Part shown: positions 46,806 to 57,032 of the stretch, piece by piece
Position numbering within the stretch: the first letter of the stretch is position 1
How the letters are laid out: the number at the start of each line of letters is the position of its first letter
Assembly (NCBI GenBank): GCA_017533425.1
Contig: JAFXIE010000104.1
Location: forward strand, 1-58,794
From: Clostridia bacterium
Lineage (GTDB): Bacteria; Bacillota; Clostridia; Oscillospirales; QAMX01
Length of the DNA stretch: 58,794 nt
Direction of reading: 5' to 3'
Made by a program: the position numbers and the translations under genes
Notes under the pieces: model-generated
Database searches by the model: none
What the model saw: the letters and a program-made list of their open reading frames with translations, nothing else
What the model was told of the DNA's origin: nothing

Positions 46806-48278
46806 TTAAACTCCTGTGCATGGTGGAGAAATGCTGCGCTTTTTCGCGCAGATTTCTTCAATTCGGTCGATATAGGCATCGGGATACTTGGGATTTGCCA
46901 GCCGGTCGAGTCCGCCGGGGCGGAGGATCTTGGACACTGCGCCGGCACCGCAGGCAAAGACGGAGCACATCTCCTCCATCATCAGTATATTATATGCATT
47001 GAAATGATTCTCTTTCATCCAGCCGACGTTTTCTCCGCCTTCGGAAAATTTTTGCCGGTAGATGTAATAGGGGCGGTATCCGCCCTCCCGCAGAATGCGC
47101 TCGCTAACGTCGAGCATCTCCTGCAGGCGCGCCGAGAGCCCTTCCTTCTCCTCTGTCATACGCGATGCATTCTTCAGGGCAAGGGAATGAACGGTGATCT
47201 GCTCCGGAGAGAGGGCGACGATCTCCGAGAGTCCCGCGGCAAAGCCCTCCGGGCTCTCGCCCGGCAGACCGGCGATGAGATCGCAGTTGAGTTCCCAGTC
47301 GGATGCCTTCCTTGCGGCGGCATAGGCGCTGCGGAAATCATCGGCGGTATGGCGGCGGCCGATGGATGCCAGCACCTCGTCCGATAGGGTCTGGGGATTG
47401 ACGCAGATGCGGGTAACACCTCCGGCCTTCAGGGCGGAAAGGCGCGCCTCCGTCACGGTATCCGGCCGTCCGGCCTCCACGGTGAATTCATCGCAAAAGG
47501 TGAGATCCAGATGGGCTTGAATTTGGGCGATGAGGGTGGAAATTGTCTCCGCCGGCAGCACCGTGGGGGTTCCGCCGCCGATATAGAGGGAGCGGATGCG
47601 CCAGCCGGCGCGCTTCATGCCTTCTCCCAGGGCGCGGATCTCGGCAAAGAGAGCTTCGCAGTAGCCGACGAGGGCATCAGGCGTTGCATGGCGGCTGACA
47701 AAGGAGCAATACCCGCAAACCGTCGGGCAAAAAGGGATGCCGATATAGACCGCAGCGTCACCGGGAGACAGACTGTCGCCGAGGGAAAGCTCGGAAAGCG
47801 CCGCCTCGGTGCAGATGCGCGCCTTATCGGGGGCAAGGCCGTAGACGCGGCAAAGCTCTGCGGCACACTTCCCTGCATCCAGCCCCTTTTTTAGGATGGA
47901 GGCGGCAACCTTTGCGGGTCGAACGCCCGAAAGTCCGCCCCAGGGGGAGGAAGCACCTTTCCGCGCACATACGGCGCGATAGAGGCTCATGCCCACAAGA
48001 TATCGCGTGCGGCGGCGAACTTCCTCCGGAGAATCTGCCGGAAAGAGCAGGGCATCTTCCCTCTCATCCCACCGGGCAGCGCCTTGAGAGACGCACCCCT
48101 CAAGGCATAGCTCGCAGGCGGCGGCAGTTCCGTCCCCGGAGAGGGTGGTTCTGCAAAGGTTTCCGCAGGGCTCCTCGCTCGGCGCATAGTCCGGCAGGTG
48201 CATGGTCAGCCCCGCCACCACGGCGTGCTGCTCGCAATGCCCTTCGCAGACGATCTGAATGGACGCTTCCCGTCTCAT
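46806..48278 (-). CDS. hemZ: Radical SAM coproporphyrinogen-dehydrogenase-like protein (HemZ-type)
   Basis: 490 aa. CPTVCGYCSF (CxxxCxxC) radical SAM cluster motif and a HemN-like C-terminal region. Confidence 0.7.
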   Translation of the reverse strand: MRREASIQIVCEGHCEQHAVVAGLTMHLPDYAPSEEPCGNLCRTTLSGDGTAAACELCLEGCVSQGAARWDEREDALLFPADSPEEVRRRTRYLVGMSLYRAVCARKGASSPWGGLSGVRPAKVAASILKKGLDAGKCAAELCRVYGLAPDKARICTEAALSELSLGDSLSPGDAAVYIGIPFCPTVCGYCSFVSRHATPDALVGYCEALFAEIRALGEGMKRAGWRIRSLYIGGGTPTVLPAETISTLIAQIQAHLDLTFCDEFTVEAGRPDTVTEARLSALKAGGVTRICVNPQTLSDEVLASIGRRHTADDFRSAYAAARKASDWELNCDLIAGLPGESPEGFAAGLSEIVALSPEQITVHSLALKNASRMTEEKEGLSARLQEMLDVSERILREGGYRPYYIYRQKFSEGGENVGWMKENHFNAYNILMMEEMCSVFACGAGAVSKILRPGGLDRLANPKYPDAYIDRIEEICAKKRSISPPCTGV

Positions 48279-48913
48279 AGGCCGATGGCATCCAGCATGG
48301 CGGGATTTGAGGCCTTCTCTACGGAAAGGATGGTAGGCCTTCCGTGGCCGGGATAGACGATATAATCATCCGGCAGATTATAAAGCATGCGCAGGGATGC
48401 GCGGAGATTCAAAAGGTTTCCGCCTTTGAGATCCCACCGTCCGCAAGTGCCCTCAAAGAGGGTATCCCCGGAGAACAGAAGGTTTTCCACGCGGATGCAG
48501 ACCGAGCCGGGGGAATGGCCGGGGGTGTGCATAAAGAATACCTCCGTGCTGCCAAGCACCGTCTTTTCGCCGCCGTAAATGCGGATATCCGGCGGGCAGG
48601 CGCGGTAAGGCTCCGCGGCGATGGACAGATAGATGGCGTCCTGTGCCGAGAGCAGACCTTCCTCCTCCTGGGCATGCACCACAACGCGGGCGCCCGTTGC
48701 ATCCCGCAGGGGTGCCGCGGCCAGCATGTGATCAAAATGGCTGTGGGTGATGTAAATATCCTTCAGGGTCAGACCCTGCTCTTTGAGAAAATCCAGCACT
48801 GCCTTGGCGTTGCCGCCGGGATCGATACAGGCAGCCACCTTCTCATCGCTATCAAAGAGAATGTAGCAGTTGGTCTCAAGCATTCCGACTGTCAGGGTGT
48901 GTACACGCATCAT
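48275..48913 (-). CDS. MBL-fold metallo-hydrolase
   Basis: 212 aa. THSHFDH motif and downstream TPGHSPG. 4-nt overlap with hemZ. Confidence 0.85.
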   Translation of the reverse strand: MMRVHTLTVGMLETNCYILFDSDEKVAACIDPGGNAKAVLDFLKEQGLTLKDIYITHSHFDHMLAAAPLRDATGARVVVHAQEEEGLLSAQDAIYLSIAAEPYRACPPDIRIYGGEKTVLGSTEVFFMHTPGHSPGSVCIRVENLLFSGDTLFEGTCGRWDLKGGNLLNLRASLRMLYNLPDDYIVYPGHGRPTILSVEKASNPAMLDAIGL

Positions 48914-48939
48914 TTTTCTTCCGCCCTTTCTATTTAATC

Positions 48940-51132
48940 TCAGTGGGAATCGCGTGAAATGTTGGTCACACCGCGGATGGTGCGCATCTTTTCGCAGATG
49001 GAGGAAAGCTCGCGGGTGTTTTCCACCTGCAGCGTCATATCCACCCGCGCCTCGCCGTCCGGCAGCTTGCGGGCGGCAATGGACTGGATGACCACATGCA
49101 GATTTGCCATCATACCGGCGATATCAGCGACAAGACCAAAGCGGTCATGGGCAAAAACGAGGACGGTGGCGGTGAAGTTGCGGCCGGAATGGACATCCCA
49201 CTCCGCCGGTAGAATGCGGTTTGCATCCTCAGAGCCCATGCGGACGAGGGAAACGATATTCTCGCAATCCTTCCGATGGACGGAAACGCCGTAGCCGCGG
49301 GTGATGAAGCCGATGATATCGTCCCCTGGCACGGGCGTGCAGCAGCGGGCAAACTTGATTTTGACCGAATCAAAGCCATCGATAAGAACGCCGGATTCGC
49401 TTCTGCGCTGGCGGGTCTGGGCAGAGGCGGTGATGCGGTTCAGCGCCTCCTCATCGGTCTCCTGGCGCTTGATGAGCCGGGCGGCCATATCGGCAATGCG
49501 GTTGACAACGCGCAGCACCGTAACGCCGCCGTAGCCGACGCCGGCGATGAGATCGTTCATGCTCTTAAAGGAGAAGCGGGCAGGAAGCTCGGAGCAGATG
49601 AGCTCGTGCTCCAGAAGCTCTACGGGGATACCGCTGCGGCGCATGGAGGCCTCCAGCATCTCTCTTCCCTGCTCGAGGTTTTCCTCAAAGCGTTCCTTCT
49701 TAAACCACTGGCGGATCTTGTTTTTCGCCTGGTTGGTTTTTGCGATGATGAGCCAGTCGCGGCTGGGACCGCGGCCTTCGGGGCCTGTGATGACCTCGAT
49801 GATATCGCCGTTCTGCAGGGGGGTATCGATATTTGCGATGCGGGAATTGATCTTGCAGCCGATCATGCGGTTGCCCACCTGTGAATGAATGGAATAGGCA
49901 AAATCCACCGGGGTTGCGCCTGCAGGCAGGCTGATGACATCCCCCTTGGGAGTAAATACATAGATGCCGTCGGCATACATATCGATTTTCAGGTTCTGGA
50001 TGAAGTCCTGGGCATCGGTGTGCTCCTGGGATTCCAGCAGATGACGCACCCAGTCGAGCTTTTCATCGAGGCTGTCATTCTGTCTGCCGAGCCCCTGCTT
50101 ATACTTCCAGTGGGCGGCAATGCCGTATTCCGCCGTGCGGTGCATCTCATGGGTACGGATCTGGATCTCAAAGGGCAGACCCTCCCGGCCGATGACGGTG
50201 GTGTGAAGGGACTGGTAGAGATTGGGTTTGGGCGTGCTGATATAATCCTTAAAGCGGCCGGGCATGGGCTTAAAGATGGTGTGCACAAGTCCCAGGGCAT
50301 TGTAGCAGTCATTCTGGGTGTCCACAATGACACGGATAGCATAAATGTCGTAGAGCTCGCTGAGATCCTTGTTTTGCGCAAATGCTTTGCGGTAGATGCT
50401 GTAGATGTGCTTGATGCGGCCAACGACCTTGCATTCGATCTCATTTTCCGCAAGCTTCTGCCGGGTCTGCTCACAGATGTGCTCCAAAAAGCGCTGCCCC
50501 TCCACCGAATGGCCGGCGATAAAATCGGTGATCTCCTGATAGCCAACGGGGTCAAGGATCTGCAGGGCAAGATCCTCCATCTCATGACGGTATTTGGTCA
50601 TGCCGAGCCGGTGGGCAATGGGGGCATAGATCTCCATGGTTTCCAGAGAGATCTCCCGCTGCCGATGCTCCGGAATGGCGCGGATGGTGCGCATATTGTG
50701 CAGGCGGTCGGCAATTTTGATCATGATGACGCGGATGTCCTTAGCCATGGCGATGAGCATCTTTCGGAGGTTTTCCATTTCCTCCTCTTCCTTGCTCTCA
50801 TACTGAATGGAAGAGAGCTTGGTCAGGCCATCCACCATCTCCGCAACGCTGACGCCAAATTGCTTGCGGATAAAGGTCAGCGGAAGCTCGGTATCCTCCA
50901 CGGTGTCATGCAGCAGGGCGGTGATGACGGAATCGGCATCCAGTCCCATTTCCGAAACGATATCGGCCACCGCGGCGGGATGGATGATATAGGGATCCCC
51001 AGCCTTGCGCAGCTGGCCGGCATGCGCCTGGTCGGCGATGTTGAAGGCATAGAGAATGCGATCCCGGTTCCGGGGATCGAAGGCTGCATATTTATCCGCA
51101 ATGCGGACGATGGTTTCACGGATCCCGGTCAC
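48940..51132 (-). CDS. relA: Bifunctional (p)ppGpp synthetase/hydrolase
   Basis: 730 aa. HD domain (LLHDTVEDT), synthetase domain (YQSLHTTVIG), and TGS- and ACT-like C-terminal domains. Confidence 0.9.
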   Translation of the reverse strand: MTGIRETIVRIADKYAAFDPRNRDRILYAFNIADQAHAGQLRKAGDPYIIHPAAVADIVSEMGLDADSVITALLHDTVEDTELPLTFIRKQFGVSVAEMVDGLTKLSSIQYESKEEEEMENLRKMLIAMAKDIRVIMIKIADRLHNMRTIRAIPEHRQREISLETMEIYAPIAHRLGMTKYRHEMEDLALQILDPVGYQEITDFIAGHSVEGQRFLEHICEQTRQKLAENEIECKVVGRIKHIYSIYRKAFAQNKDLSELYDIYAIRVIVDTQNDCYNALGLVHTIFKPMPGRFKDYISTPKPNLYQSLHTTVIGREGLPFEIQIRTHEMHRTAEYGIAAHWKYKQGLGRQNDSLDEKLDWVRHLLESQEHTDAQDFIQNLKIDMYADGIYVFTPKGDVISLPAGATPVDFAYSIHSQVGNRMIGCKINSRIANIDTPLQNGDIIEVITGPEGRGPSRDWLIIAKTNQAKNKIRQWFKKERFEENLEQGREMLEASMRRSGIPVELLEHELICSELPARFSFKSMNDLIAGVGYGGVTVLRVVNRIADMAARLIKRQETDEEALNRITASAQTRQRRSESGVLIDGFDSVKIKFARCCTPVPGDDIIGFITRGYGVSVHRKDCENIVSLVRMGSEDANRILPAEWDVHSGRNFTATVLVFAHDRFGLVADIAGMMANLHVVIQSIAARKLPDGEARVDMTLQVENTRELSSICEKMRTIRGVTNISRDSH

Positions 51133-51138
51133 AGGGGA

Positions 51139-53133
51139 TCACCTCCCGGAAAGATTTGTAAGGGCTGTCATGGTTGGCGTACGGGTAAGATCTGCCTTCC
51201 CCGCACGGGCGATGAGGGAAATTTCGCTCTCCCCGCGGGAAATGAGACCGGCCTCGCAGAAAATATCGAGAATCACGGCAAGCTTTGCCGCAGAAATGCC
51301 GGATACAGCAGAGGGCTCCTCCCCATCGGAAAGGCTTCTCCATACGGCAGCGCATTCCGCCCGTGAGGGCTGAAGCAGAGCCGCCGCGGCGGGAGAAATG
51401 GCCGTACCCTCCCGCAGAGCCGCATAGTCGGAAAGCTCGCCGCAGGCCGGGCGGCATTCCCGGAGGATGAGGCTCACCGAGGAATTGCCACGGTAGGTGC
51501 TGATCTGCAGATGAAAGAGAAGATCTGCCCGCATTCCGGCGGAAAGTCCTGTTTCCTCTGGGCTTCTGCCGAAAAAGAGGGCGGTGAGCTGCTGGCCGCC
51601 GTCGGAAACCGTCAGGCGGGTGTGGCGTCCCTCCTTCAGGGGAACAACATCGGTAATTTCCACATTGCGCAGGGCAAACAGAGGTTCTGCATTGCCCTCG
51701 CCAAAGGGAGCAAGGCGGGAAAGATCCCGGACAGCTGCAAGGCTGAGCTCCGAGAGCGCAACCTCGCAGTCTGCCGTAACACAGGGCTCAAATTCGCCCT
51801 CTTTGCGCAGGTTCAGAACATAGTCACGCAAAGCGCTGCGGAATCCGTCGCAGTCCTCCCGGCGGAGGGTCAGTCCGGCGGCAAGCTCATGGCCGCCAAA
51901 CTGGACAATATGTTCGGACAGTGCCGAAAGGGTCTGGTGCAGATGCACGCCGCGCACACTTCTTGCGCTGGCCTTCAGCTTATCGCCGTCGGAGGTGGCA
52001 AGAATGGCGGGGCAGCCGTACTTTTCCGCAAGTCTTGCACAGACAATGCCGAGAACGCCGGTATGCCAGTCGGATTTTGTAAGGAAAATGGCGCCGTCGC
52101 GATCGGGATCAAAGCCTTCCGCCGCGAGCATTTCCTCCGCCTCCCGGCGGATCCCCTGCTCCACCGTCTGTCGGGCGATATTCTGCCGGCAAAGCTCCTC
52201 TGCTGCACCGAGGGCAGTCTTTTTGTCGGCCCGAAAGAGAGAAAGGGCATCCAGCGCCGTTGTCATACGGCCGGGGGCATTGATGCGGGGTGCGAGCCGG
52301 AAAGCGACCGTCTGGGTGGTGCATTCCTCGCTGCGGCCGCCGGTCAGATCCAGCAGCGCGGCAAGCCCGGGATTGGGATTTTCCGTCATCTTGCGCAGCC
52401 CCTCAATGACAATACGGCGATTTTCCCCTGTAAGGGGCATGACATCGGCCACAGTTCCGACGCAGAGAATGTCGGCATAGCGGGAAAGCATTTCCCCTGC
52501 ATCGCCGTGCAGGGCACAAACCAGCTTAAATGCCACGCCGACGCCGGCAAGACCGCGGTATTCCGCCGGGCAGTCATCCCGCCAGGGATCCACCACCGCC
52601 AGGGCATCGGGAAGCTCGGAGAGGCAGGCATGATGGTCGGTAACGATCATATCCACGCCGAGCTCCGAGGCGATCTTTGCCGGTTCAAAGGCTGTGATGC
52701 CGGTATCCACCGTGACGATGAGGCTTGCGCCCTCCCGGGCAAGGCGGCGAACGGCCAGCTCAGACACACCGTATCCCTCGCTGGCGCGGTCGGGAATGTG
52801 ATAGAGGGTGGGAATGCCGCAGCTTTCAAGATAGTCGGTCAGAATGTGCAGAGCTGTGACGCCGTCGGCGTCATAGTCACCGATGACGGCAACGCATTCC
52901 TTGTCTTCAACGGCCATGCGCAGCCTGCGCACCGCCTTGTCCATATCAGGCAAACCGAAGGGATCCAGCAGCGGAGAACTCCCGGAGGCAAAGAATGCGG
53001 CCACGGCCTCGGGATTCTTCAGCCCCCGTGCGCGAAAAATCCGTGCCGTCAAAAGTCCGATTCCCGCAGACTCCGATAGGGCGGCATCGCAGGCCGCGTC
53101 GAACGGGGGAATCTTCCAAGCAATCTCTCTCAT
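51139..53133 (-). CDS. recJ: Single-stranded-DNA-specific exonuclease RecJ
   Basis: 664 aa. DHH motifs GDYDADGV, VTVDTG, VTDHH, and a DHHA1-like GGHELAAG. Confidence 0.9.
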   Translation of the reverse strand: MREIAWKIPPFDAACDAALSESAGIGLLTARIFRARGLKNPEAVAAFFASGSSPLLDPFGLPDMDKAVRRLRMAVEDKECVAVIGDYDADGVTALHILTDYLESCGIPTLYHIPDRASEGYGVSELAVRRLAREGASLIVTVDTGITAFEPAKIASELGVDMIVTDHHACLSELPDALAVVDPWRDDCPAEYRGLAGVGVAFKLVCALHGDAGEMLSRYADILCVGTVADVMPLTGENRRIVIEGLRKMTENPNPGLAALLDLTGGRSEECTTQTVAFRLAPRINAPGRMTTALDALSLFRADKKTALGAAEELCRQNIARQTVEQGIRREAEEMLAAEGFDPDRDGAIFLTKSDWHTGVLGIVCARLAEKYGCPAILATSDGDKLKASARSVRGVHLHQTLSALSEHIVQFGGHELAAGLTLRREDCDGFRSALRDYVLNLRKEGEFEPCVTADCEVALSELSLAAVRDLSRLAPFGEGNAEPLFALRNVEITDVVPLKEGRHTRLTVSDGGQQLTALFFGRSPEETGLSAGMRADLLFHLQISTYRGNSSVSLILRECRPACGELSDYAALREGTAISPAAAALLQPSRAECAAVWRSLSDGEEPSAVSGISAAKLAVILDIFCEAGLISRGESEISLIARAGKADLTRTPTMTALTNLSGR

Positions 53134-53323
53134 GTATCATGTAAACCTGTATCCGCAGTGCCGGCAGAAAGCAAACACTGCGCCCATCATAATATTTTAT
53201 CTATTATATCAAATTTCAAGCCACTTCACAAGAGGTATCCGTCGCAAACCATCGGATTTGAACATCATATGATATGTGCCGGAGAAAAAGCTGTAAATGG
53301 ATCGAAAGATTTAGGTTACATTC

Positions 53324-53352
53324 TTTACAAATTGCATTTTCGGATGTATAAT
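53324..53352 (+). promoter_or_regulatory. Sigma-70-type promoter for the rnf operon
   Basis: TTTACA (53324-53329), a 17-nt spacer, then TATAAT (53347-53352), about 55 nt upstream of rnfC. Confidence 0.5.
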
Positions 53353-53369
53353 ATTAAAATAAGTAAACT

Positions 53370-53383
53370 GCGCATATATGCGC
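53370..53383. promoter_or_regulatory. Perfect 14-bp palindrome in the rnf leader (candidate operator or 5'-UTR hairpin)
   Basis: GCGCATATATGCGC lies between the -10 element and the RBS AAAGGAGG. Confidence 0.3.
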
Positions 53384-53407
53384 CCATGACGAAAGGAGGT
53401 TCGCGCA

Positions 53408-54739
53408 ATGCCCTACTCCTTCAAGGGAGGCGTTCACCCCCCGGAGAACAAAAAACGCTCCGCCTTTAAGCCTTCCGAAGTGTTGGAAGCCCCTGCCAAG
53501 CTCTACTTCCCCATGCAGATGCATGTCGGTGCCCCCTGTTCCCCCACCGTTTCCAAAGGTGATGCCGTACTTGTAGGCCAGGTGATCGGCGCCAGCGATG
53601 CGCCCATTTCCGCCCTTATCCATACTTCTGTTTCCGGTACCGTTGTCGATATTAAGGATCACGACCATCCCTCCGGCCGCAAGGTTCAGACCGTCATTAT
53701 CGAAAATGACGGCAAATATACCCTGCATCCCGATGTTATTGCCCGCAGCGAGGCCGCAAAGGAGAAAGATCCTCTGGATCGCAGCCCCGAGGAGGTCATT
53801 GAGGCTATCCGTCTCGCCGGCATTGTCGGCATGGGCGGTGCGGGCTTCCCCACGGCCTTCAAAATTCGTTCTGTTCTCGGTCAGATCCATACCCTTATCA
53901 TCAATGCTGCCGAGTGTGAGCCCTATATTACCGCCGACAACCGTCTGTTGGTGGAACGTATGGATGATACTCTCATTGGTATCCGCGTTCTTATGAAGAC
54001 CCTCGGCGTTTCTCATGCCACCCTGGCCATCGAGTCCAATAAGGAAGAGGCCATTGAGATGCTGCGTGACCGCCTGGACGGAACCGGCATCCTGCTACGC
54101 ATACTGCGCACCAAGTACCCTCAGGGCTCTGAAAAGCACATCATCCGCGCCGTTACCGGCCGCGAGGTTCCTCCCGGAAAGCTGCCGGGCGATATCGGCT
54201 GCGCCGTATTTAATCCTGCCTCCTGCGCCGCAATTTACGACGCCGTGGCCAAGGGTATGCCCCTCATCAGCCGATTTGTCACCATTTCCGGCTCGGCCAT
54301 CGGCAACGCCCAGAACCTGCAGGTGCGCATCGGCACCCCCATTTCCTGCCTGATTTCCGCCGCCGGCGGCTATGCACTGCCTCCGCAGCGCATCATCATC
54401 GGCGGTCCGATGATGGGCTCCGCCCAGTATACCACCGATGTTCCCGTGCTCAAGACCTGCAACTCCGTTCTTGTCTTTGGCGAGAATGAGGGTCTGCATG
54501 AAGGTTCCGCCATCTGCATCCGCTGCGGCAAGTGCGTCTCCGTCTGCCCCATGCGTCTGCAGCCCATCTACATCCGTATGTACGGCGAGAAAGGCGACTA
54601 TGCCTACTGTGAGGAGAAGCTCAACGTCCGCGACTGCATCGAATGCGGCGCCTGCTCCTACAAATGTCCCGGCCATCTGCCCCTGGTGCAGACCATCCGC
54701 TTTGTCAAGCAGCGCCTCGGACCTGTTAAAAAATCGTAA
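53408..54739 (+). CDS. rnfC: Rnf electron transport complex subunit C
   Basis: 443 aa. N-terminal FKGGVHPPENK and GMGGAGFPT. Two ferredoxin motifs, CIRCGKCVSVCP and CIECGACSYKCP. Confidence 0.95.
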   Translation: MPYSFKGGVHPPENKKRSAFKPSEVLEAPAKLYFPMQMHVGAPCSPTVSKGDAVLVGQVIGASDAPISALIHTSVSGTVVDIKDHDHPSGRKVQTVIIENDGKYTLHPDVIARSEAAKEKDPLDRSPEEVIEAIRLAGIVGMGGAGFPTAFKIRSVLGQIHTLIINAAECEPYITADNRLLVERMDDTLIGIRVLMKTLGVSHATLAIESNKEEAIEMLRDRLDGTGILLRILRTKYPQGSEKHIIRAVTGREVPPGKLPGDIGCAVFNPASCAAIYDAVAKGMPLISRFVTISGSAIGNAQNLQVRIGTPISCLISAAGGYALPPQRIIIGGPMMGSAQYTTDVPVLKTCNSVLVFGENEGLHEGSAICIRCGKCVSVCPMRLQPIYIRMYGEKGDYAYCEEKLNVRDCIECGACSYKCPGHLPLVQTIRFVKQRLGPVKKS

Positions 54740-54754
54740 GGAGGAGAATGTTTC

Positions 54755-55810
54755 ATGAACGAGAAAAAGCATATGTTCTACGTATCTCCTTCTCCCCATT
54801 TTCACGATCCCGAGGATACCCGTTCCGTCATGTTCGATGTCATCCTCGCGCTGCTTCCCGCTCTGTGCCTTGGCGTGTACTTCTTCGGCTGGCGTGCCCT
54901 GACCCTCAGCCTGATCTCTGTTGCGGCCTGCGTTGTATTTGAATATCTCTATCAGCGCATCGCCCACATTAAGAGTTCGGTCTACGATCTCTCCGCCGTA
55001 GTCACCGGCATTCTCATCGTCATGTGCGTTCCCGCACACATCCCCTACTGGATGGTCATTGTCGCCGACTTCTTTGCCATTGTTGTCGCAAAGCAGCTCT
55101 TCGGCGGCATTGGTCAGAACTTTATGAACCCTGCCCTGGCCGGCCGCGTATTCCTCTTCTCCTGGGCCAGCTGGTTCTCCGCCTATCCTGCCACTGTCGG
55201 CACAACCGGCGCCGGCCGTCTGCCCATCATCGGCGATGTGCCCATGGTCAACGGCGCACCGGATATCATCACCTCCGCAACCCCCCTTGCTTCCATGAAG
55301 GAGGGTGTTCTGCCCATTGAGTTTTCCCTGCGGGATCTTTTCCTTGGCAACGTCGCCGGTTCTATCGGTGAGGTCTCCGCATTTATTCTGATCATCGGCG
55401 GTCTGTATCTGCTGCTCCGCGGCGTTATTTCCGCCCGTATCCCCCTCACCTATATCGGTACGGTGGCCGTGCTCTATTTCCTTTTCCCTGCCGGTGCCGG
55501 AGACCGCCTCAGCTGGATGCTTTACGGCATTCTTTCCGGCGGTCTGATGCTCGGTGCCATCTTCATGGCCACCGACTATGCCACTTCTCCCGTCACCCCG
55601 GTCGGGCAGATCATTTACGGCGTCGGCTGCGGTCTCATCACCTATGTCATCCGCCGCTTCGGTGCCTATAACGAAGGCGTAGCCTTCTCCATTCTCATTA
55701 TGAACACCATTGTCTGGTCCATCGACAAGCTCTCGGCACCCAGACGCTTCGGAGGCCTTCGCGGCGGCAAGCGTCAGCCGAGACCTGAGGAAGGAGAGGT
55801 GACAAAGTAA
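54755..55810 (+). CDS. rnfD: Rnf complex subunit D
   Basis: 351 aa, polytopic. Covalent-FMN site region TSATPLASMK. Confidence 0.9.
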   Translation: MNEKKHMFYVSPSPHFHDPEDTRSVMFDVILALLPALCLGVYFFGWRALTLSLISVAACVVFEYLYQRIAHIKSSVYDLSAVVTGILIVMCVPAHIPYWMVIVADFFAIVVAKQLFGGIGQNFMNPALAGRVFLFSWASWFSAYPATVGTTGAGRLPIIGDVPMVNGAPDIITSATPLASMKEGVLPIEFSLRDLFLGNVAGSIGEVSAFILIIGGLYLLLRGVISARIPLTYIGTVAVLYFLFPAGAGDRLSWMLYGILSGGLMLGAIFMATDYATSPVTPVGQIIYGVGCGLITYVIRRFGAYNEGVAFSILIMNTIVWSIDKLSAPRRFGGLRGGKRQPRPEEGEVTK

Positions 55811-56415
55811 TGCCGAGATCATACTGGCGACTCTTTCAGGCCATCATTACGCTCTTTCTCATCTGCGCACTTGTTGGCGGCATTGTCGGTGCAGTAAATG
55901 CCCTGACTGCCGATATTATCTTTGATATTGAACGTGAAAAGACAGAAACAGCAATGCGCACCGTCATCCCCGAAGGACAGCTCTTCAATGAGATCGGCGA
56001 CCTTTCCGGCTTTGGATTTGATGGCAACATTACCGGCTTCTATGAAGCAATGGGTGAGGATGGAAAATGCATCGGCTACTGCGTTGAGGCCTCTCCCATC
56101 GGCTTTGCCAGCAATATTACCCTACTGACCGGTCTTTCTCCGGACGGAATTGTGCGCGGCGTAGTTATTACAAACTGCTCGGGCGAGACCCCCGGTCTCG
56201 GTAACCGCGTATCTGAGGACAGCTTTATCTCCCAGTTTAAGGGAAAGGACAGCAGCATTACCTTTATCACGGGCGGTGCTGCAGGCGCAAACGAGGTTTC
56301 CTCCATCACCGGAGCAACCTACAGCTCCCGCGGTGTTTACGAAGGTGTTGCCTCCTGCATCCGTGCCGTCATTTCCTACACTGCCGCCAGTTCTACGGAG
56401 GTGCCTGCAAAATGA
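55810..56415 (+). CDS. rnfG: Rnf complex subunit G (FMN-binding)
   Basis: 201 aa with an N-terminal TM helix. FMN attachment motif SITGATYSS. Confidence 0.9.
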   Translation: MPRSYWRLFQAIITLFLICALVGGIVGAVNALTADIIFDIEREKTETAMRTVIPEGQLFNEIGDLSGFGFDGNITGFYEAMGEDGKCIGYCVEASPIGFASNITLLTGLSPDGIVRGVVITNCSGETPGLGNRVSEDSFISQFKGKDSSITFITGGAAGANEVSSITGATYSSRGVYEGVASCIRAVISYTAASSTEVPAK

Positions 56416-57029
56416 GTAAGAAAAATCCTTATTCCCTCGCTGCCACCTTAAAACGCGGCATCATCACCGAGAACCCGACGCTGGTGCAGACCCTGGGCAT
56501 GTGCCCCTCTTTGGCCATCTCCACCTCCGTGATTAACGGACTCGGTATGGGATTGTCGGTCACCGTCATTCTCATCTGCTCCAATGTCATCATCTCCCTT
56601 CTGCGCAAGCTCATTCCCGACCGCATCCGCATCGCCGCCTACATCACCATCATCGCAGGCTTTGTGATGGCCATCGAGATGCTCCTGAAGGCATATCTTC
56701 CCGATATTTCCGCCTCGCTGGGCATCTTTATCCCCCTCATCGTGGTCAACTGCATCATTCTTGCCCGTGCAGAGGCCTTTGCCAGCAAAAATACCGTCTA
56801 TCGTTCCTTTAAGGACGGCCTTGCCACCGGTCTTGGATTTACCTTTGCTCTGGTTATCATTTCTGCCATCCGTGAGCTGCTTGGCAGCGGTAAGCTGCTG
56901 GGCTTCCCCGTTCTCGGTGCCTCCTATCCCGACGCGACTCTGTTTCTGATGGCTCCCGGCGCCTTCCTGGTGCTCGGTTTTGTGGTCGCCGTCTTCCGTA
57001 AGCTCAACACCAAAAAGGAGGGAAAGTAA
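56412..57029 (+). CDS. rnfE: Rnf complex subunit E
   Basis: 205 aa. NPTLVQTLGMCPSLAIST, typical of RnfE/NqrD. ATGA overlap with rnfG. Confidence 0.9.
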   Translation: MSKKNPYSLAATLKRGIITENPTLVQTLGMCPSLAISTSVINGLGMGLSVTVILICSNVIISLLRKLIPDRIRIAAYITIIAGFVMAIEMLLKAYLPDISASLGIFIPLIVVNCIILARAEAFASKNTVYRSFKDGLATGLGFTFALVIISAIRELLGSGKLLGFPVLGASYPDATLFLMAPGAFLVLGFVVAVFRKLNTKKEGK

Positions 57030-57032
57030 GCC

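Noticed and set aside
53215-53240. Rex operator upstream of rnf (TTCACAA half-site in TTTCAAGCCACTTCACAAG).
   Set aside because: Only the right half-site matches. The left half matches about 3 of 7 positions, and the site lies roughly 90 nt upstream of the predicted -35 element.
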